The translations under genes and the position numbers were made by a program. Below the pieces are notes generated by a model. The model had not been told where the DNA came from and searched no databases. It saw nothing but the letters and a program-made list of their open reading frames with translations. A stretch of 32,000 nucleotides of DNA from Telmatocola sphagniphila (GTDB lineage Bacteria > Planctomycetota > Planctomycetia > Gemmatales > Gemmataceae): positions 3,510,001-3,542,000 of the forward strand of contig NZ_CP074694.1 in the NCBI RefSeq assembly GCF_018398935.1, given 5' to 3'. Positions 16,249 through 25,758 of the stretch are shown in pieces (position 1 is the first letter of the stretch; each line of letters opens with the position of its first letter).

Positions 16249-17271
16249 TCACCAGCGCATCAGGGCTGTGCCCCAGACCAACCCCGCCCCAAATCCGCTC
16301 ATCACGATGAGATTTCCGTCTTTCACCCGCCCCTCGGTAAAGGCTTCGTCCAAGGCCAGGGGAATTGAACCGGCGGAAGTGTTCCCGTACTTATCGAGAT
16401 TGTTGAAAACTTTCGAACGGGGAATCTTCAGAACGTCGATCGAGGCATTGATTATGCGAATGTTGGCCTGGTGAGGAATGTACAGATCGACGTCGTTAGG
16501 CTGCAAATTGCTGTAGTTCAGCACATCCTGAATTGTGTCGCACAGGATGTCCACGGCCCAGCGAAAAACCGCCCGACCATCCATGTACATAAAGTGCTTT
16601 CCCTCCACAAGATGCTCAGGCTTAGGAGGCATTCGGCTGCCCCCGGATTCCCGGCACAGCAGCATTCCGCCCGCTCCATCGGAGCCCATGCTATAGCTCA
16701 AAATCCCCTGATCGGGTCGACCACGGGTAAGCAGCACGGCCCCTGCACCATCGCCGAATAGTGGAAAAGTCTTGATGTCGTTGGGGTTGAGAATTCGCGA
16801 GTTGGTATCGCCGCCGATCACCAGAGCCATATCGCTGGCCCCGGAGACGATATAACTGGCTGCGGTGATTAGGGCGTACATGAATCCGGCGCAGGCCGCT
16901 TCCACTTCGATGGCGGGGCAAACCAGTCCCAATCGATCCTGAATAATCGATGCGGTTGAAGGAAAAGACATATCCGGGGTAAATGTTCCCAGAACCAGCA
17001 GATCGATGTCCTTAGCTTCCACGCCGGCCTTTTTCAAACACCGGTTGGCCGCTTCGATGCATAAATCGCTGGTCGCTTCGTGGGGGGCGGCGTGCCGACG
17101 CTCCAGAATGCCGGTCCGCTTGACGATCCAGTCGGAATCGAAACCGAGCATGGCGTGCAGATGATTGTTGTCGAGAACCGTTGAAGGCACGTAACTGCCC
17201 GTCGAGATAACCCGAACCCCCATCAGTTGACGGCAGCGGGGGCGGTGTGTCGGTTTCTTTTCAGAGTCCAT
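16249..17271 (-). CDS. fabH: 3-oxoacyl-ACP synthase III
   Basis: 340 aa. 'ISTGSYVPSTVLDNNHL' aligns with the FabH N-terminus. Active-site Cys in 'EAACAGFMYAL', then 'HQANIRII' and 'GNTSAGSIPLAL'. An alternative ATG at 17223 would give the canonical N-terminus 'MGVRVISTG'. Confidence 0.9.
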   Translation of the reverse strand: MDSEKKPTHRPRCRQLMGVRVISTGSYVPSTVLDNNHLHAMLGFDSDWIVKRTGILERRHAAPHEATSDLCIEAANRCLKKAGVEAKDIDLLVLGTFTPDMSFPSTASIIQDRLGLVCPAIEVEAACAGFMYALITAASYIVSGASDMALVIGGDTNSRILNPNDIKTFPLFGDGAGAVLLTRGRPDQGILSYSMGSDGAGGMLLCRESGGSRMPPKPEHLVEGKHFMYMDGRAVFRWAVDILCDTIQDVLNYSNLQPNDVDLYIPHQANIRIINASIDVLKIPRSKVFNNLDKYGNTSAGSIPLALDEAFTEGRVKDGNLIVMSGFGAGLVWGTALMRW

Positions 17272-17346
17272 ACAGTTAAAAAATCTCGACGAAGTTCCAA
17301 ACGCAAATAAGCGTTTTGAGATTATATGAACTTACGCGAGTGCCGT

Positions 17347-18669
17347 TTACCGCTCCGCTCCACTGGCCAGGAATTGAGTAAGGGCCATGCAGGCCATGGA
17401 GGTCTGATCGATCCGGATATTCCCGTCAGTCGGATTATTGAAGAAAGCTCCGATCAGGTACGCCCGCAATGTCGGAACGAAATGAGAAGTGCGATCTTCG
17501 GAATATTGCAATCTTTCGAGAAAACCGCAGCCGCGCATCAAGGCCTGCTTGTACTTGTCCAACCGGGCGGCATCCGGTTTTTGCAGCATTCCCATACATT
17601 TGTAGGCTTCGGACAGGCTGAGCACGGCCTGAGCAGAGTCGAGAGTAGGGATAGGCTCCAGGTGTTTTACGTCAAAGCCCCAGCGAAAACCTCCTCGATA
17701 AATCAGATATTTCGATTCCGTTTGGGTGAATTGCAAAGCGCAAAGCCAATCGTTCATCTCAAATACAAACTCGGCGAATGGTGTTTCCCGAGCCAATTGG
17801 AATGCTTCGGCGTATGCGGGGCCCATCCAGCCGATTTGCGCCGGGGAAGGGTTGCTGCGGAAGACCGTGCGATAGTACGTCCCCGTGCTGCGCAGTGCCT
17901 GTAACTTCCAATCGGCGGGCTTCAGTTTCTGACTGGCAACCAGGCCGTAGACTGCCATCCCCGCCGTCGTTAGATTATCGCCTGGCTCTTCTTTAAAGGA
18001 ACCATCGGCTTGTAGCAGCGATTTGAGATATTGCGCCAATTCTTCCGCTTTGGCAATCATATCCTCGGCTGGTTCGGGAAGGAGGCAGATCGCTCGAAGC
18101 AGCATCCCGGTGAAGGCCAATTTGCTCGGCATGTTTGCCGAAGTGTTAGGCGTTCGAATGCCCGCGTCATTGAGCGTAGTTTCCGAAAGTAAAGTTAAAA
18201 TCGCTTGAGCGGCCCGGGCCGTGTAGCGATTTTCCCCCGTTGAGCGGGCCGCATGAGCCAAGGCGCAGGCGGCAATTGCTTGTCGCGTCAGTTGATCACC
18301 ATCGGTCGGTTGATTCAAAGCCGGGTTGTAACCCGTGATGAACAAGCCGTTGGGTTGCTGCATGCGAAACAGCCAGTCCATTCCGAGACGAGCCGCTTTC
18401 ACACTCATCCAGGTAGATTCAGAGCTGCTGTCGGGAGATCGAAAGCGATCGAACACGGCCGGTACACGCCGACTCGGTGCTGCGGAAATTCCTGGAGTGG
18501 GCACGGAAGCAGTGTTGCCGATCGGTCGAATGGCCGGTGTGTCTTTCGATCCCTCCTGAAGAATTGTTTCGGGGAGTCGATTTGGCGGAGTCTGAGCGAC
18601 TAAAAAGCTATAGCTGCATCCCAGGATAGCCAGTACGAACAGGGCGACGAATAAATTTCGATGGGACAT
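17347..18669 (-). CDS. Hypothetical secreted protein/lipoprotein, possibly alpha/alpha-toroid repeat
   Basis: 440 aa. The ATG is preceded by GGAGGAGG. Signal peptide 'MSHRNLFVALFVLAILGCS'. Helical repeats ('MDWLFRMQQPNGLF', 'AIAACALAHAA') are reminiscent of the 11679..12764 protein. I recognised no catalytic motif. Confidence 0.55.
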   Translation of the reverse strand: MSHRNLFVALFVLAILGCSYSFLVAQTPPNRLPETILQEGSKDTPAIRPIGNTASVPTPGISAAPSRRVPAVFDRFRSPDSSSESTWMSVKAARLGMDWLFRMQQPNGLFITGYNPALNQPTDGDQLTRQAIAACALAHAARSTGENRYTARAAQAILTLLSETTLNDAGIRTPNTSANMPSKLAFTGMLLRAICLLPEPAEDMIAKAEELAQYLKSLLQADGSFKEEPGDNLTTAGMAVYGLVASQKLKPADWKLQALRSTGTYYRTVFRSNPSPAQIGWMGPAYAEAFQLARETPFAEFVFEMNDWLCALQFTQTESKYLIYRGGFRWGFDVKHLEPIPTLDSAQAVLSLSEAYKCMGMLQKPDAARLDKYKQALMRGCGFLERLQYSEDRTSHFVPTLRAYLIGAFFNNPTDGNIRIDQTSMACMALTQFLASGAER

Positions 18670-18749
18670 TGCTCAGCCTCCTCCATGATGCTTTTCCACC
18701 ATTGGAGCAGGTTTAGCGAAAGATGGGAAGGGCAATTTGGGCGATCCTG

Positions 18750-18769
18750 CACCGGCCCGAAGACCGGTG
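18750..18769 (-). terminator. GC hairpin downstream of rplU (possible terminator, no U-tract)
   Basis: CACCGG (18750-18755) / CCGGTG (18764-18769) with an 8-nt loop, 34 nt downstream of the rplU stop. Confidence 0.3.
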
Positions 18770-18802
18770 AATCATTCAATAAAGGCGGAAGTTCGAAATC
18801 GA

Positions 18803-19111
18803 TCAGACCACGATGCTCTTGATCTTCACATCGAGATGTGTTTGGGTGTGACCACGCAAACGGCGATAGTTTTTGCGGCGTCGGAAATGCTGAATCTGAA
18901 GCTTGTCCGAATGTTCGCCCAAGACTTCGGCGACGACCTTGGCCCCGGCCAGATAAGGTTGGCCGATTTTGATGCTGGCGCCTTGCCCGGCGAGCACTAC
19001 GCTATTCAGTTCGACCGTGGAACCAATTTCCGCTTCCCGATAATCGATTCGAACGACATCGCCTTCGCTGACTCGGTACTGACGAGAGCCATCTTCAAAC
19101 ACAGCGTACAT
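18803..19111 (-). CDS. rplU: 50S ribosomal protein L21
   Basis: 102 aa. 'MYAVFEDGSRQYRVSEGDVVRID...KVVAEVLGEHSDKLQIQHFRRRKNYRRLRGHTQ' is the canonical L21 sequence pattern. Confidence 0.95.
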   Translation of the reverse strand: MYAVFEDGSRQYRVSEGDVVRIDYREAEIGSTVELNSVVLAGQGASIKIGQPYLAGAKVVAEVLGEHSDKLQIQHFRRRKNYRRLRGHTQTHLDVKIKSIVV

Positions 19112-19223
19112 ATTCCAGCTCCGAAGCTTTTCACTTTTATTCGAGTCTATTAGTGTAGCGTCCGGGAAATAATTTGGCTAGGATCTGTCACCAGATTGTT
19201 TTTAATGGAATTTGAGTGCATCA

Positions 19224-20300
19224 ATGAGCTATCCCCTGGACGAAATTGGCGAGCCCCCGGCCGAGAAGAGCGATAATCTCAAAACGCTCTGGACTATTGC
19301 ATTGTGGGTAGTGATTTTGTCCGGGCTCTGGTACCTTTTGAATGCCTTGGAATCGGTACTTAAACCCTTTTTTCTTGCAGTTCTACTCGGATATGTCATC
19401 CTGCCCGTATACGGCAAATTGCGAAAGCTTACCGGTCGCATCCCGGCGATGATTCTAATGGTTGTCGGCAGTTTAGTTCTGCTGATCTTGCTCGGAACGG
19501 TATTTTCAGCAAGCATTCTCGATTTGAAACAGGAAATGTCCAATTTGTTCGGCGTCCTGGAGACCAAATGGAAAAATCTCATACACTCGCTGGCCGAGGA
19601 CTCCAATACCGCCAAGTACCTGAAGCATTTCTTTGAAGAAGATGGCGATGGCACCCTCTTCCTGAAAAGCCAAATCAATCAATTAGCATCCGTGACTGCC
19701 AGTATGATTTCGAGCGGCTTGATCGTCGGCCTGTATCTCACTTTCATGCTGCTGGAAGCCGGTCGCTTTCCCAAACGCCTGGAACGCGCATTTCCAGGCG
19801 CCCTCCAGGACCAGATTGCCGGGACAATTCGTTCGATCAACAAAGCGATGTCGGATTATTTCGGGGGTAAAGTGCTTTCCAGTGCTGTGCTGGCGGCGCC
19901 CATCTGGCTGGTCCTGATGTTCTTCAACGTGAAATTGGCGACGTTTTTCGCGCTAGTGAATTTTCTGGGTAATTTTATCCCGTATATCGGCACCGGAGTC
20001 GGCTGCGGCCTGCCGATCATCTTTGCACTATTAACACTCGAGGGGAGTTGGCAGCCGTGGGCCGTGGCAGGTTGCTTAATCTGCATCCATCTGGTCTGTG
20101 CTTTGTTTGTAGAGCCAATGATTCTCGGTAAAGCCGTGGGCATGAGCCCGCTACTGCTTCTTCTGGCACTGGCTTTCTGGGGAACTTGCTGGGGCTTTAT
20201 GGGTATGTTGCTGGCAGTACCTCTGACGGCCATGCTCCTAATCATCCTTCGAAATATTTCCGCAACTCGATCTTTAGGGATGCTACTTTCGGACGAATGA
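19224..20300 (+). CDS. AI-2E family transporter (PerM/UPF0118-like permease)
   Basis: About 358 aa from the ATG at 19224 (the track's TTG at 19212 is 4 codons upstream). It is polytopic, with a family-like layout of TM helices and a central soluble loop. The C-terminal 'GMLLAVPLTAML' block is typical. Confidence 0.8.
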   Translation: MSYPLDEIGEPPAEKSDNLKTLWTIALWVVILSGLWYLLNALESVLKPFFLAVLLGYVILPVYGKLRKLTGRIPAMILMVVGSLVLLILLGTVFSASILDLKQEMSNLFGVLETKWKNLIHSLAEDSNTAKYLKHFFEEDGDGTLFLKSQINQLASVTASMISSGLIVGLYLTFMLLEAGRFPKRLERAFPGALQDQIAGTIRSINKAMSDYFGGKVLSSAVLAAPIWLVLMFFNVKLATFFALVNFLGNFIPYIGTGVGCGLPIIFALLTLEGSWQPWAVAGCLICIHLVCALFVEPMILGKAVGMSPLLLLLALAFWGTCWGFMGMLLAVPLTAMLLIILRNISATRSLGMLLSDE

Positions 20301-20315
20301 CCGGCCGGGAGGCGA

Positions 20316-20573
20316 TTATTTCTTGACGAATTTATCTAACAGCAGAAAAACCAGGATGAAGGCCGCCACGCAGGTCAGGCCGATCATAATGCGATCGTAG
20401 TGCTGAGATTTTTCCAGGGAATCGTAGATCTTTTTGAGCCGTTGCTCGAAGGTCTTGGTTTTTTTACGCGAGGAGGGAACACGTAAAGGTTCCTGACAAT
20501 TGGTGCAGGTGATTCGGCTCCCTGCTTTAACTCCATCGATCCGTATTTTGCACTTGGGACACTTTATATGCAT
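20316..20573 (-). CDS. Small zinc-ribbon protein with a C-terminal TM anchor (85 aa)
   Basis: The preferred start is the ATG at 20573 ('MHIKCPKCKIRIDGVKAGSRITCTNCQEPLRVP', CxxC...CxxC). The C-terminal TM is 'IMIGLTCVAAFILVFLLL'. The track's longer version overlaps the ggt 3' end. Confidence 0.55.
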   Translation of the reverse strand: MHIKCPKCKIRIDGVKAGSRITCTNCQEPLRVPSSRKKTKTFEQRLKKIYDSLEKSQHYDRIMIGLTCVAAFILVFLLLDKFVKK

Positions 20574-20629
20574 AAATACACTGGTATTGGGCGGAAAGTG
20601 GGCACGTAGCCGACTCGCCGCCAGGAATG

Positions 20630-22321
20630 TTAGTACCCTACAGCCGCTCCATCTTTGCGGGATTCTGAAGCGCCTTGGAGAATGTCGTTCTCCCAGTCGA
20701 TCCAAATGCCCTGATAACCTCCACTATTCGTTTTCACTCGATTGATTTTGTGGCCGCGCCGGGTCAGTTCGGCAACTACCTCATCCGGTATCCCCACTTC
20801 CACCTGGCAGGTTCCTCCATTCGCGTCCCCCGGTTTGCCCGTAGGAGTGGCTGACCCAACATGTTCGATACGGGGTGACTCACCCGCGGCTTGGACATTC
20901 ATCCCGAAATCGATGATATTCACCAGCACTTCCACATGACCCTGCGGTTGCATATCACCGCCCATGACCCCGAAGCAAAATACAGGCTTGTTGTTTTTGG
21001 TTACCAGGGCGGGAATGATCGTATGGAAGGGTCGCTTGCCCGGTTCCAGTTTATTGGCATGATTCGGATCGAGCGAGAACAGCGTTCCGCGATTCTGAAT
21101 GGAGAAACCAAAATCGGAGCAGAATAAGCCGGAGCCGAAGCCCATGTAATTGCTTTGAATCAATGAAACACAGTTACGATCTTTATCGACCACGGTCAGA
21201 AAAATGGTGTCGGCTTTGCCAATCTTGGCATCTCCGGCGGCCACATCAGTCATCGCTTTATCCATCGAGATCAGCTTGTTGCGACTGGCCGCATACTCCT
21301 TCGAGATCAACTCTTTCACGGGCACTTTTTCAAAGTCCGGGTCGGTGTAATATTTGGCCCGATCCGCGAACGCCAGTTTCTTGGATTCGATCAACAGATG
21401 CCAGTAATCGGCCGAGTTAGGCCCCATTTTCTTCAAATCGTACTTTTCCAGGGTGTTCAACATCTGCAACGTGGCAATCCCCTGGCCCGGCGGGGGAATT
21501 TCCCACACATCGTAGCCTCGATAATTGGTGGAAACGGGTTCCACCCAGCTGGCACGAGTCTTCTCGAAGTCGGCCTTCTGAAACAGGCCCCCTTTGCGAT
21601 CCGACAAGGCAATCAAACTTTCGGCAATCGGTCCGTTGTAATAGCCGTCCCGACCCTTCTCCGCCAGTAATCGAAACGCGCGGCCCAGAGCCGGATTTTT
21701 GAACAAAGTCCCGGTAGCGGGTAACTTGCCGTTGGGCATATAGATCTTGGCAAAATCTTCATCGCGGGCGTACCGTCGGCTCGCTTGATAGTATCGTCCA
21801 ATGACCTCTGGAACAGGGTAGCCTTTTTCCGCGTAATCGATGCTCGGCTGCAGGATCTTCGCCATCGGTACAGAACCGAACTTACCGTGCAGGGTAAACC
21901 AGCCATCGACACAACCGGGAACGTTCCAACTCAGCGGACCACTTTCGGGTATGGCCTTAAGGCCCTTGGAAGCAAAGAATTCGCGAGTGGCTTTCAGAGG
22001 AGCCCGCCCGCTGGCATTCAGGCCGTAAAGCTTCTGAGTTTTGGCTTCCCAGACGATGGCGTACAGATCGCCTCCCAGGCCATTGCTCATCGGTTCCATC
22101 AAACCCATCGCCGCGTTACAGGCGATGGCGGCATCCATCGCATTTCCACCCTGCTTGAGAATGTCCAAACCGATTTCTGCCGCCAGGGGATGACTGGTAG
22201 CCACGATGCCGTGGGGCGCGTAGGTGACCGAACGCCCGGCCTGCCCCGCTTTGGGAACTACTCGTTCCTGAGCATGTGAAAAAGAAACGCAAACCAAGAA
22301 AATGAAAGTGGCTAATCGCAT
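20630..22321 (-). CDS. ggt: Gamma-glutamyltransferase (secreted)
   Basis: The preferred start is the ATG at 22321 ('MRLATFIFLVCVSFSHAQE', a signal peptide), 5 nt after the mlaE stop. 'GGNAMDAAIA' and the autoprocessing/nucleophile region 'DTIFLTVVDKDRNCVS' align with E. coli 'QTTHYSVVDKDGNAV'. 'MGGDMQPQ' is also present. The track's 646-aa version runs into mlaE. Confidence 0.9.
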   Translation of the reverse strand: MRLATFIFLVCVSFSHAQERVVPKAGQAGRSVTYAPHGIVATSHPLAAEIGLDILKQGGNAMDAAIACNAAMGLMEPMSNGLGGDLYAIVWEAKTQKLYGLNASGRAPLKATREFFASKGLKAIPESGPLSWNVPGCVDGWFTLHGKFGSVPMAKILQPSIDYAEKGYPVPEVIGRYYQASRRYARDEDFAKIYMPNGKLPATGTLFKNPALGRAFRLLAEKGRDGYYNGPIAESLIALSDRKGGLFQKADFEKTRASWVEPVSTNYRGYDVWEIPPPGQGIATLQMLNTLEKYDLKKMGPNSADYWHLLIESKKLAFADRAKYYTDPDFEKVPVKELISKEYAASRNKLISMDKAMTDVAAGDAKIGKADTIFLTVVDKDRNCVSLIQSNYMGFGSGLFCSDFGFSIQNRGTLFSLDPNHANKLEPGKRPFHTIIPALVTKNNKPVFCFGVMGGDMQPQGHVEVLVNIIDFGMNVQAAGESPRIEHVGSATPTGKPGDANGGTCQVEVGIPDEVVAELTRRGHKINRVKTNSGGYQGIWIDWENDILQGASESRKDGAAVGY

Positions 22322-22326
22322 ATTCG

Positions 22327-23076
22327 CTAACCGAAAAGTATCCGGATAATTCCCACCAAGAGAATATCCGAAGCGAGTACGAATAAGCAAGCGGCAACCA
22401 CCCCGGATGTGGCGGATCGGCCGACACCTTCGGTTCCCCCCGAGGTTTTCAGGCCGAAATAGCATCCTGAAACCCCGATGAGAAATCCAAAAACGATCGT
22501 TTTCAGGCACGCCGGGATGACGTCGTAAGCAAAAAGTTCCTTTAAACAAGCCGATTGATATTTCAGCCAACTGGTATTTCCGATCACATTTTCAGCGACG
22601 AAACCGCTCAACAAAGCGACGGCCCCGATGAGAATTTCCAGTAAGGGCAGTGCCAGCATACAGGCGAGAATGCGTGGGCCGACCAATTTTCGGATCGGTG
22701 ATTCGCCTAGCATCTCCAAAGCGTCGATCTGCTCGCCGATTTTCATGGATCCCAGTTCCGCGGCGAGGTTGGCCCCGGTGCGAGCCGCCACGATCAGCCC
22801 AGCCCCAATCGGGGCGAGTTCCAGGAGGACTGCCGCCGCAAGCACGGTGGGGAGATAATCGGCTGCTCCCGTACGCTGCAAGATCGAATGCGTGTGCATC
22901 CAGACCACGGCCCCCAGAGTAACACCGGCAACCAGCCCGAGGGGGAGAGCTCCGATCAGGACGTTGTACAACTGCCGGAGCACTACGGAGGGATGGCGGA
23001 TTGCTCCTAAAGCTGCAGGGAAAGCCTGCCCGGCAAAGTGAGCCAATCCGCCGATCAGTTCGAAGAAAGAGAGCAT
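22327..23076 (-). CDS. mlaE: MlaE-family ABC transporter permease
   Basis: 249 aa and polytopic. 'GALPLGLVAGVTLGAVV', 'GAELGSMKIGEQIDALEMLG' (the conserved EQIDAL block) and 'GTEGVGRSATSGVV' are typical of MlaE/Ttg2B. Confidence 0.85.
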   Translation of the reverse strand: MLSFFELIGGLAHFAGQAFPAALGAIRHPSVVLRQLYNVLIGALPLGLVAGVTLGAVVWMHTHSILQRTGAADYLPTVLAAAVLLELAPIGAGLIVAARTGANLAAELGSMKIGEQIDALEMLGESPIRKLVGPRILACMLALPLLEILIGAVALLSGFVAENVIGNTSWLKYQSACLKELFAYDVIPACLKTIVFGFLIGVSGCYFGLKTSGGTEGVGRSATSGVVAACLFVLASDILLVGIIRILFG

Positions 23077-23084
23077 AAGAGTTT

Positions 23085-24302
23085 TTACTTTTTGCGCATC
23101 AATCGCAGTAGAGTTTTCGCCGCTTCGTCTCCAAACGCGGGGTCGTTGATATGCAGATCGAGTTCGATTACCGGCACGTCGGAATAGACCCAGTTCCGAA
23201 TACTCTGGAACAAGGCTTCATCGGCCTCGGGCCACCAGAATGGGCCGTCTCTCTTGTCAATAGCCGAGACGCCGCGCAACGGAAGCATAATGACGGTCGG
23301 GCCGCGTGAAGCACAGGCTTTTTCTGCGATTTCTTTACCCAACCGGTCATTTTCTTCGGGATTTGTCCGCATCAGAGTTACCGAAGCGTTATGGTGATAA
23401 AATTTTCGCTTGGAAAATTTCTCCGGCACCGATTCCATCGGACCGAAATTCACCATATCCAGAGCCCCGACCGAAATCACCTGTGGGATGCCCTCAATGG
23501 CAGCTGCCGTGAGCCGATCTTTTCCCGCCGATAGCACCCCACCGACCAATTCATCGGCCAATTCGGTAGTAGTGATGTCGAGTACTCCCGCGAAGAGGCG
23601 ATCGCGAATCATCGCTTCCATGGTCCGGCCACCGGAACCTGTGGCATGGAAAACCAGCGTTTCAAAATTCTCCGAATCGAAATGGTTCCGCGCCTGCTCG
23701 ACGCACGGGGTGGTAACACCGAACATACTTGAGGCAATCATCGCACGGTCGGTATGAGCCTGAGGCAGCTCCGAATTGAGCATTCCGGCCATGGCGTGAG
23801 CGGCGTTAGCCAGGATCGTTCGACTGAAGCGATTGAGACCGCAGAAATCGACCACGGAATACATCATGCAGATATCGCGCACACCGACGTAATGGCCCAC
23901 CTGTCCACTGGCGAGTGTCGAAACCAGTATCTTGGGTAGACCGTACGGCAAGGCCCGCATGACCGCCGACGCAATCGTGGAGCCGGCGGAGCCTCCAATA
24001 CCGAGGACACCCTGAATCTGACCTCGGCTGGCCAACCCCGTCGCCACTTTCACGGCCCCGCGTGCGGCCAGATCAATCGCTTCCCCTCGATCATTCCGAC
24101 GACGGACCAAATCGAGAGTTGTACCGGCGGCGGCGAAGATTTCCTGACTCGTAATTTTTGCGAATTTTGCGGATTCTCCCAGCACGCCACAGTCCATGAT
24201 GGCGACTTGTAACGACTGGGAAGACAGGAGATCTCGGAGATATTCGATCTCCGCGCCTTTTGTATCCAGAGTGCCTATTAACAGGACCGTTTTAGTCCCC
24301 AT
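23085..24302 (-). CDS. UPF0261 family protein (Tm-1-like ATP-binding domain)
   Basis: 405 aa. The N-terminus 'VLLIGTLDTKGAEIEYLRDLL' and the blocks 'GIGGSAGSTIA', 'PKILVSTLASG' and 'FHATGSGGRTMEA' match the UPF0261 family as I remember it. Confidence 0.8.
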   Translation of the reverse strand: MGTKTVLLIGTLDTKGAEIEYLRDLLSSQSLQVAIMDCGVLGESAKFAKITSQEIFAAAGTTLDLVRRRNDRGEAIDLAARGAVKVATGLASRGQIQGVLGIGGSAGSTIASAVMRALPYGLPKILVSTLASGQVGHYVGVRDICMMYSVVDFCGLNRFSRTILANAAHAMAGMLNSELPQAHTDRAMIASSMFGVTTPCVEQARNHFDSENFETLVFHATGSGGRTMEAMIRDRLFAGVLDITTTELADELVGGVLSAGKDRLTAAAIEGIPQVISVGALDMVNFGPMESVPEKFSKRKFYHHNASVTLMRTNPEENDRLGKEIAEKACASRGPTVIMLPLRGVSAIDKRDGPFWWPEADEALFQSIRNWVYSDVPVIELDLHINDPAFGDEAAKTLLRLMRKK

Positions 24303-24377
24303 TTATTCCCTCTATTTTCTCGGCAGGAGCGCCGATTCGTGCTACATTTACTTTTACGACCAGGAGTTAACGCAGTC

Positions 24378-24701
24378 ATGAAATTGTTTGTACTACGCCT
24401 GATTAAACGGTCGGTGCTAGTTGTCGCGGCCCTTGCGGCTATTGGCTGTATTTACGGTAGAATCCTGTATACGGTCATGACCAGCCACACCACTAATCCT
24501 CCCGAAGAAGCCGCCGAGATTCTCTGGAGAGCCCCGGTTACTCTGGCCGCGATCGGATTTGTTTTTCTCGTTTTCGGGGAACTGCTTTCTGAAGCTTTTC
24601 GTCGCCGAAAGTCCACTATTTCGTCCCATAGCCTCAAAAAGACAGCTTACACCTCGGTTTCGGAAATTCCGATTCCCCCTCCTCCAACTCACACAGTTTA
24701 G
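24378..24701 (+). CDS. Hypothetical small membrane protein (107 aa, two predicted TM helices)
   Basis: The ATG at 24378 has AGGAG 11 nt upstream. TM helices 'SVLVVAALAAIGCIYG' and 'VTLAAIGFVFLVFGELL', with a Pro-rich tail. I recognised no family. Confidence 0.4.
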   Translation: MKLFVLRLIKRSVLVVAALAAIGCIYGRILYTVMTSHTTNPPEEAAEILWRAPVTLAAIGFVFLVFGELLSEAFRRRKSTISSHSLKKTAYTSVSEIPIPPPPTHTV

Positions 24702-24749
24702 TTCGCTTGAACCTGTCGAAGACGCCCGGCCCAACTACAATTTCCCATT

Positions 24750-25577
24750 ATGTCGATACGTCAACAATGTTTAGAGCGTCTGCACGCTCAAATCCGCGCG
24801 GGTAAACCGATCATCGGCGGCGGGGCCGGTACGGGTATTACCGCTAAGTGCGCCGAACAGGGCGGCATCGATTTACTGATTATTTACAACTCGGGTCGCT
24901 ACCGCATGGCCGGTCGGGGCAGCCTGAGCGGCATGATGCCCTATGGCGATGCCAATCAGATCGTCTTGGACATGGCCCGGGAAGTCCTGCCGGTGGCTCG
25001 GAAAACCCCGGTGCTGGCCGGGGTGTGCGGCACCGATCCCTTCCGGATCATGGAGTATTTCCTAAGGGATATTAAGTCGGCCGGTTTTAGCGGCGTACAG
25101 AACTTCCCGACCGTTGGTCTGATTGATGGTCTGTTTCGGCAGAACCTCGAAGAGACCGACATGGGTTACGACAAAGAAGTGGAAATGATCCGTATCGCCC
25201 GGCAAATGGACCTCCTTACTTGTCCTTACATTTTCAATGAACGAGAAGCTGAGGAAATGACTCGAGCCGGTGCCGATGTGTTGATACCACACATGGGTCT
25301 GACCACTAAAGGCTCGATTGGTGCCAAAACCGCGATGACACTGGATGAAGCGGCGGACCGGATCCAGAAAATGGAAGCCTCGGCCCGGGCGATTAATCCT
25401 GAGATTCTCGTCTTATGTCACGGTGGGCCGATTTCGGAACCGGAAGATGCCGCTTACATTTTGCAGAAGTGCCCGCGTATCGTGGGCTTCTTCGGTGCCT
25501 CCAGTATCGAGCGGCTTCCGACGGAACGGGCCATCCAAGGCTGCGTGGAAGAGTTCAAAAAGCTGAAGCTGGCATGA
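24750..25577 (+). CDS. Phosphoenolpyruvate hydrolase-like TIM-barrel protein (usual partner of UPF0261; C-terminal half of plant Tm-1)
   Basis: 275 aa. '[52 protein letters not shown]' is the characteristic N-terminal block of this family. Confidence 0.8.
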   Translation: MSIRQQCLERLHAQIRAGKPIIGGGAGTGITAKCAEQGGIDLLIIYNSGRYRMAGRGSLSGMMPYGDANQIVLDMAREVLPVARKTPVLAGVCGTDPFRIMEYFLRDIKSAGFSGVQNFPTVGLIDGLFRQNLEETDMGYDKEVEMIRIARQMDLLTCPYIFNEREAEEMTRAGADVLIPHMGLTTKGSIGAKTAMTLDEAADRIQKMEASARAINPEILVLCHGGPISEPEDAAYILQKCPRIVGFFGASSIERLPTERAIQGCVEEFKKLKLA

Positions 25578-25758
25578 TCCAATTTGCTCATTCCCGGATC
25601 GATTTAACGCCCCTCACGTCTAGATTTTTAAGAATCCTCCTCAAGTAATCTTGCGTCTCATTCCGATTGAAAATAAAATTATTTTAATATTAAGCCCGGT
25701 TTAGAACTGAGTCTGATTCAGTGAAAACCTGCCCCGCCTAAACTCCTGGAGAACGGAA

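Noticed and set aside
20574-20705. N-terminal extension of the Zn-ribbon ORF (track 20316..20705)
   Set aside because: It overlaps the ggt 3' end. The internal ATG at 20573 starts exactly at the zinc-ribbon motif.
22322-22570. N-terminal 83-aa extension of the ggt ORF (track 20630..22570)
   Set aside because: It overlaps the 3' end of mlaE in another frame and is R/G-rich nonsense. The ATG at 22321 gives a canonical signal peptide 5 nt after the mlaE stop.
25574-25648. 24-codon sORF ([24 protein letters not shown]) whose ATG overlaps the PEP-hydrolase-like stop as ATGA
   Set aside because: The ATGA overlap is suggestive of coupling, but there is no SD, no recognisable peptide feature and no way to test conservation here. 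I treat it as chance.
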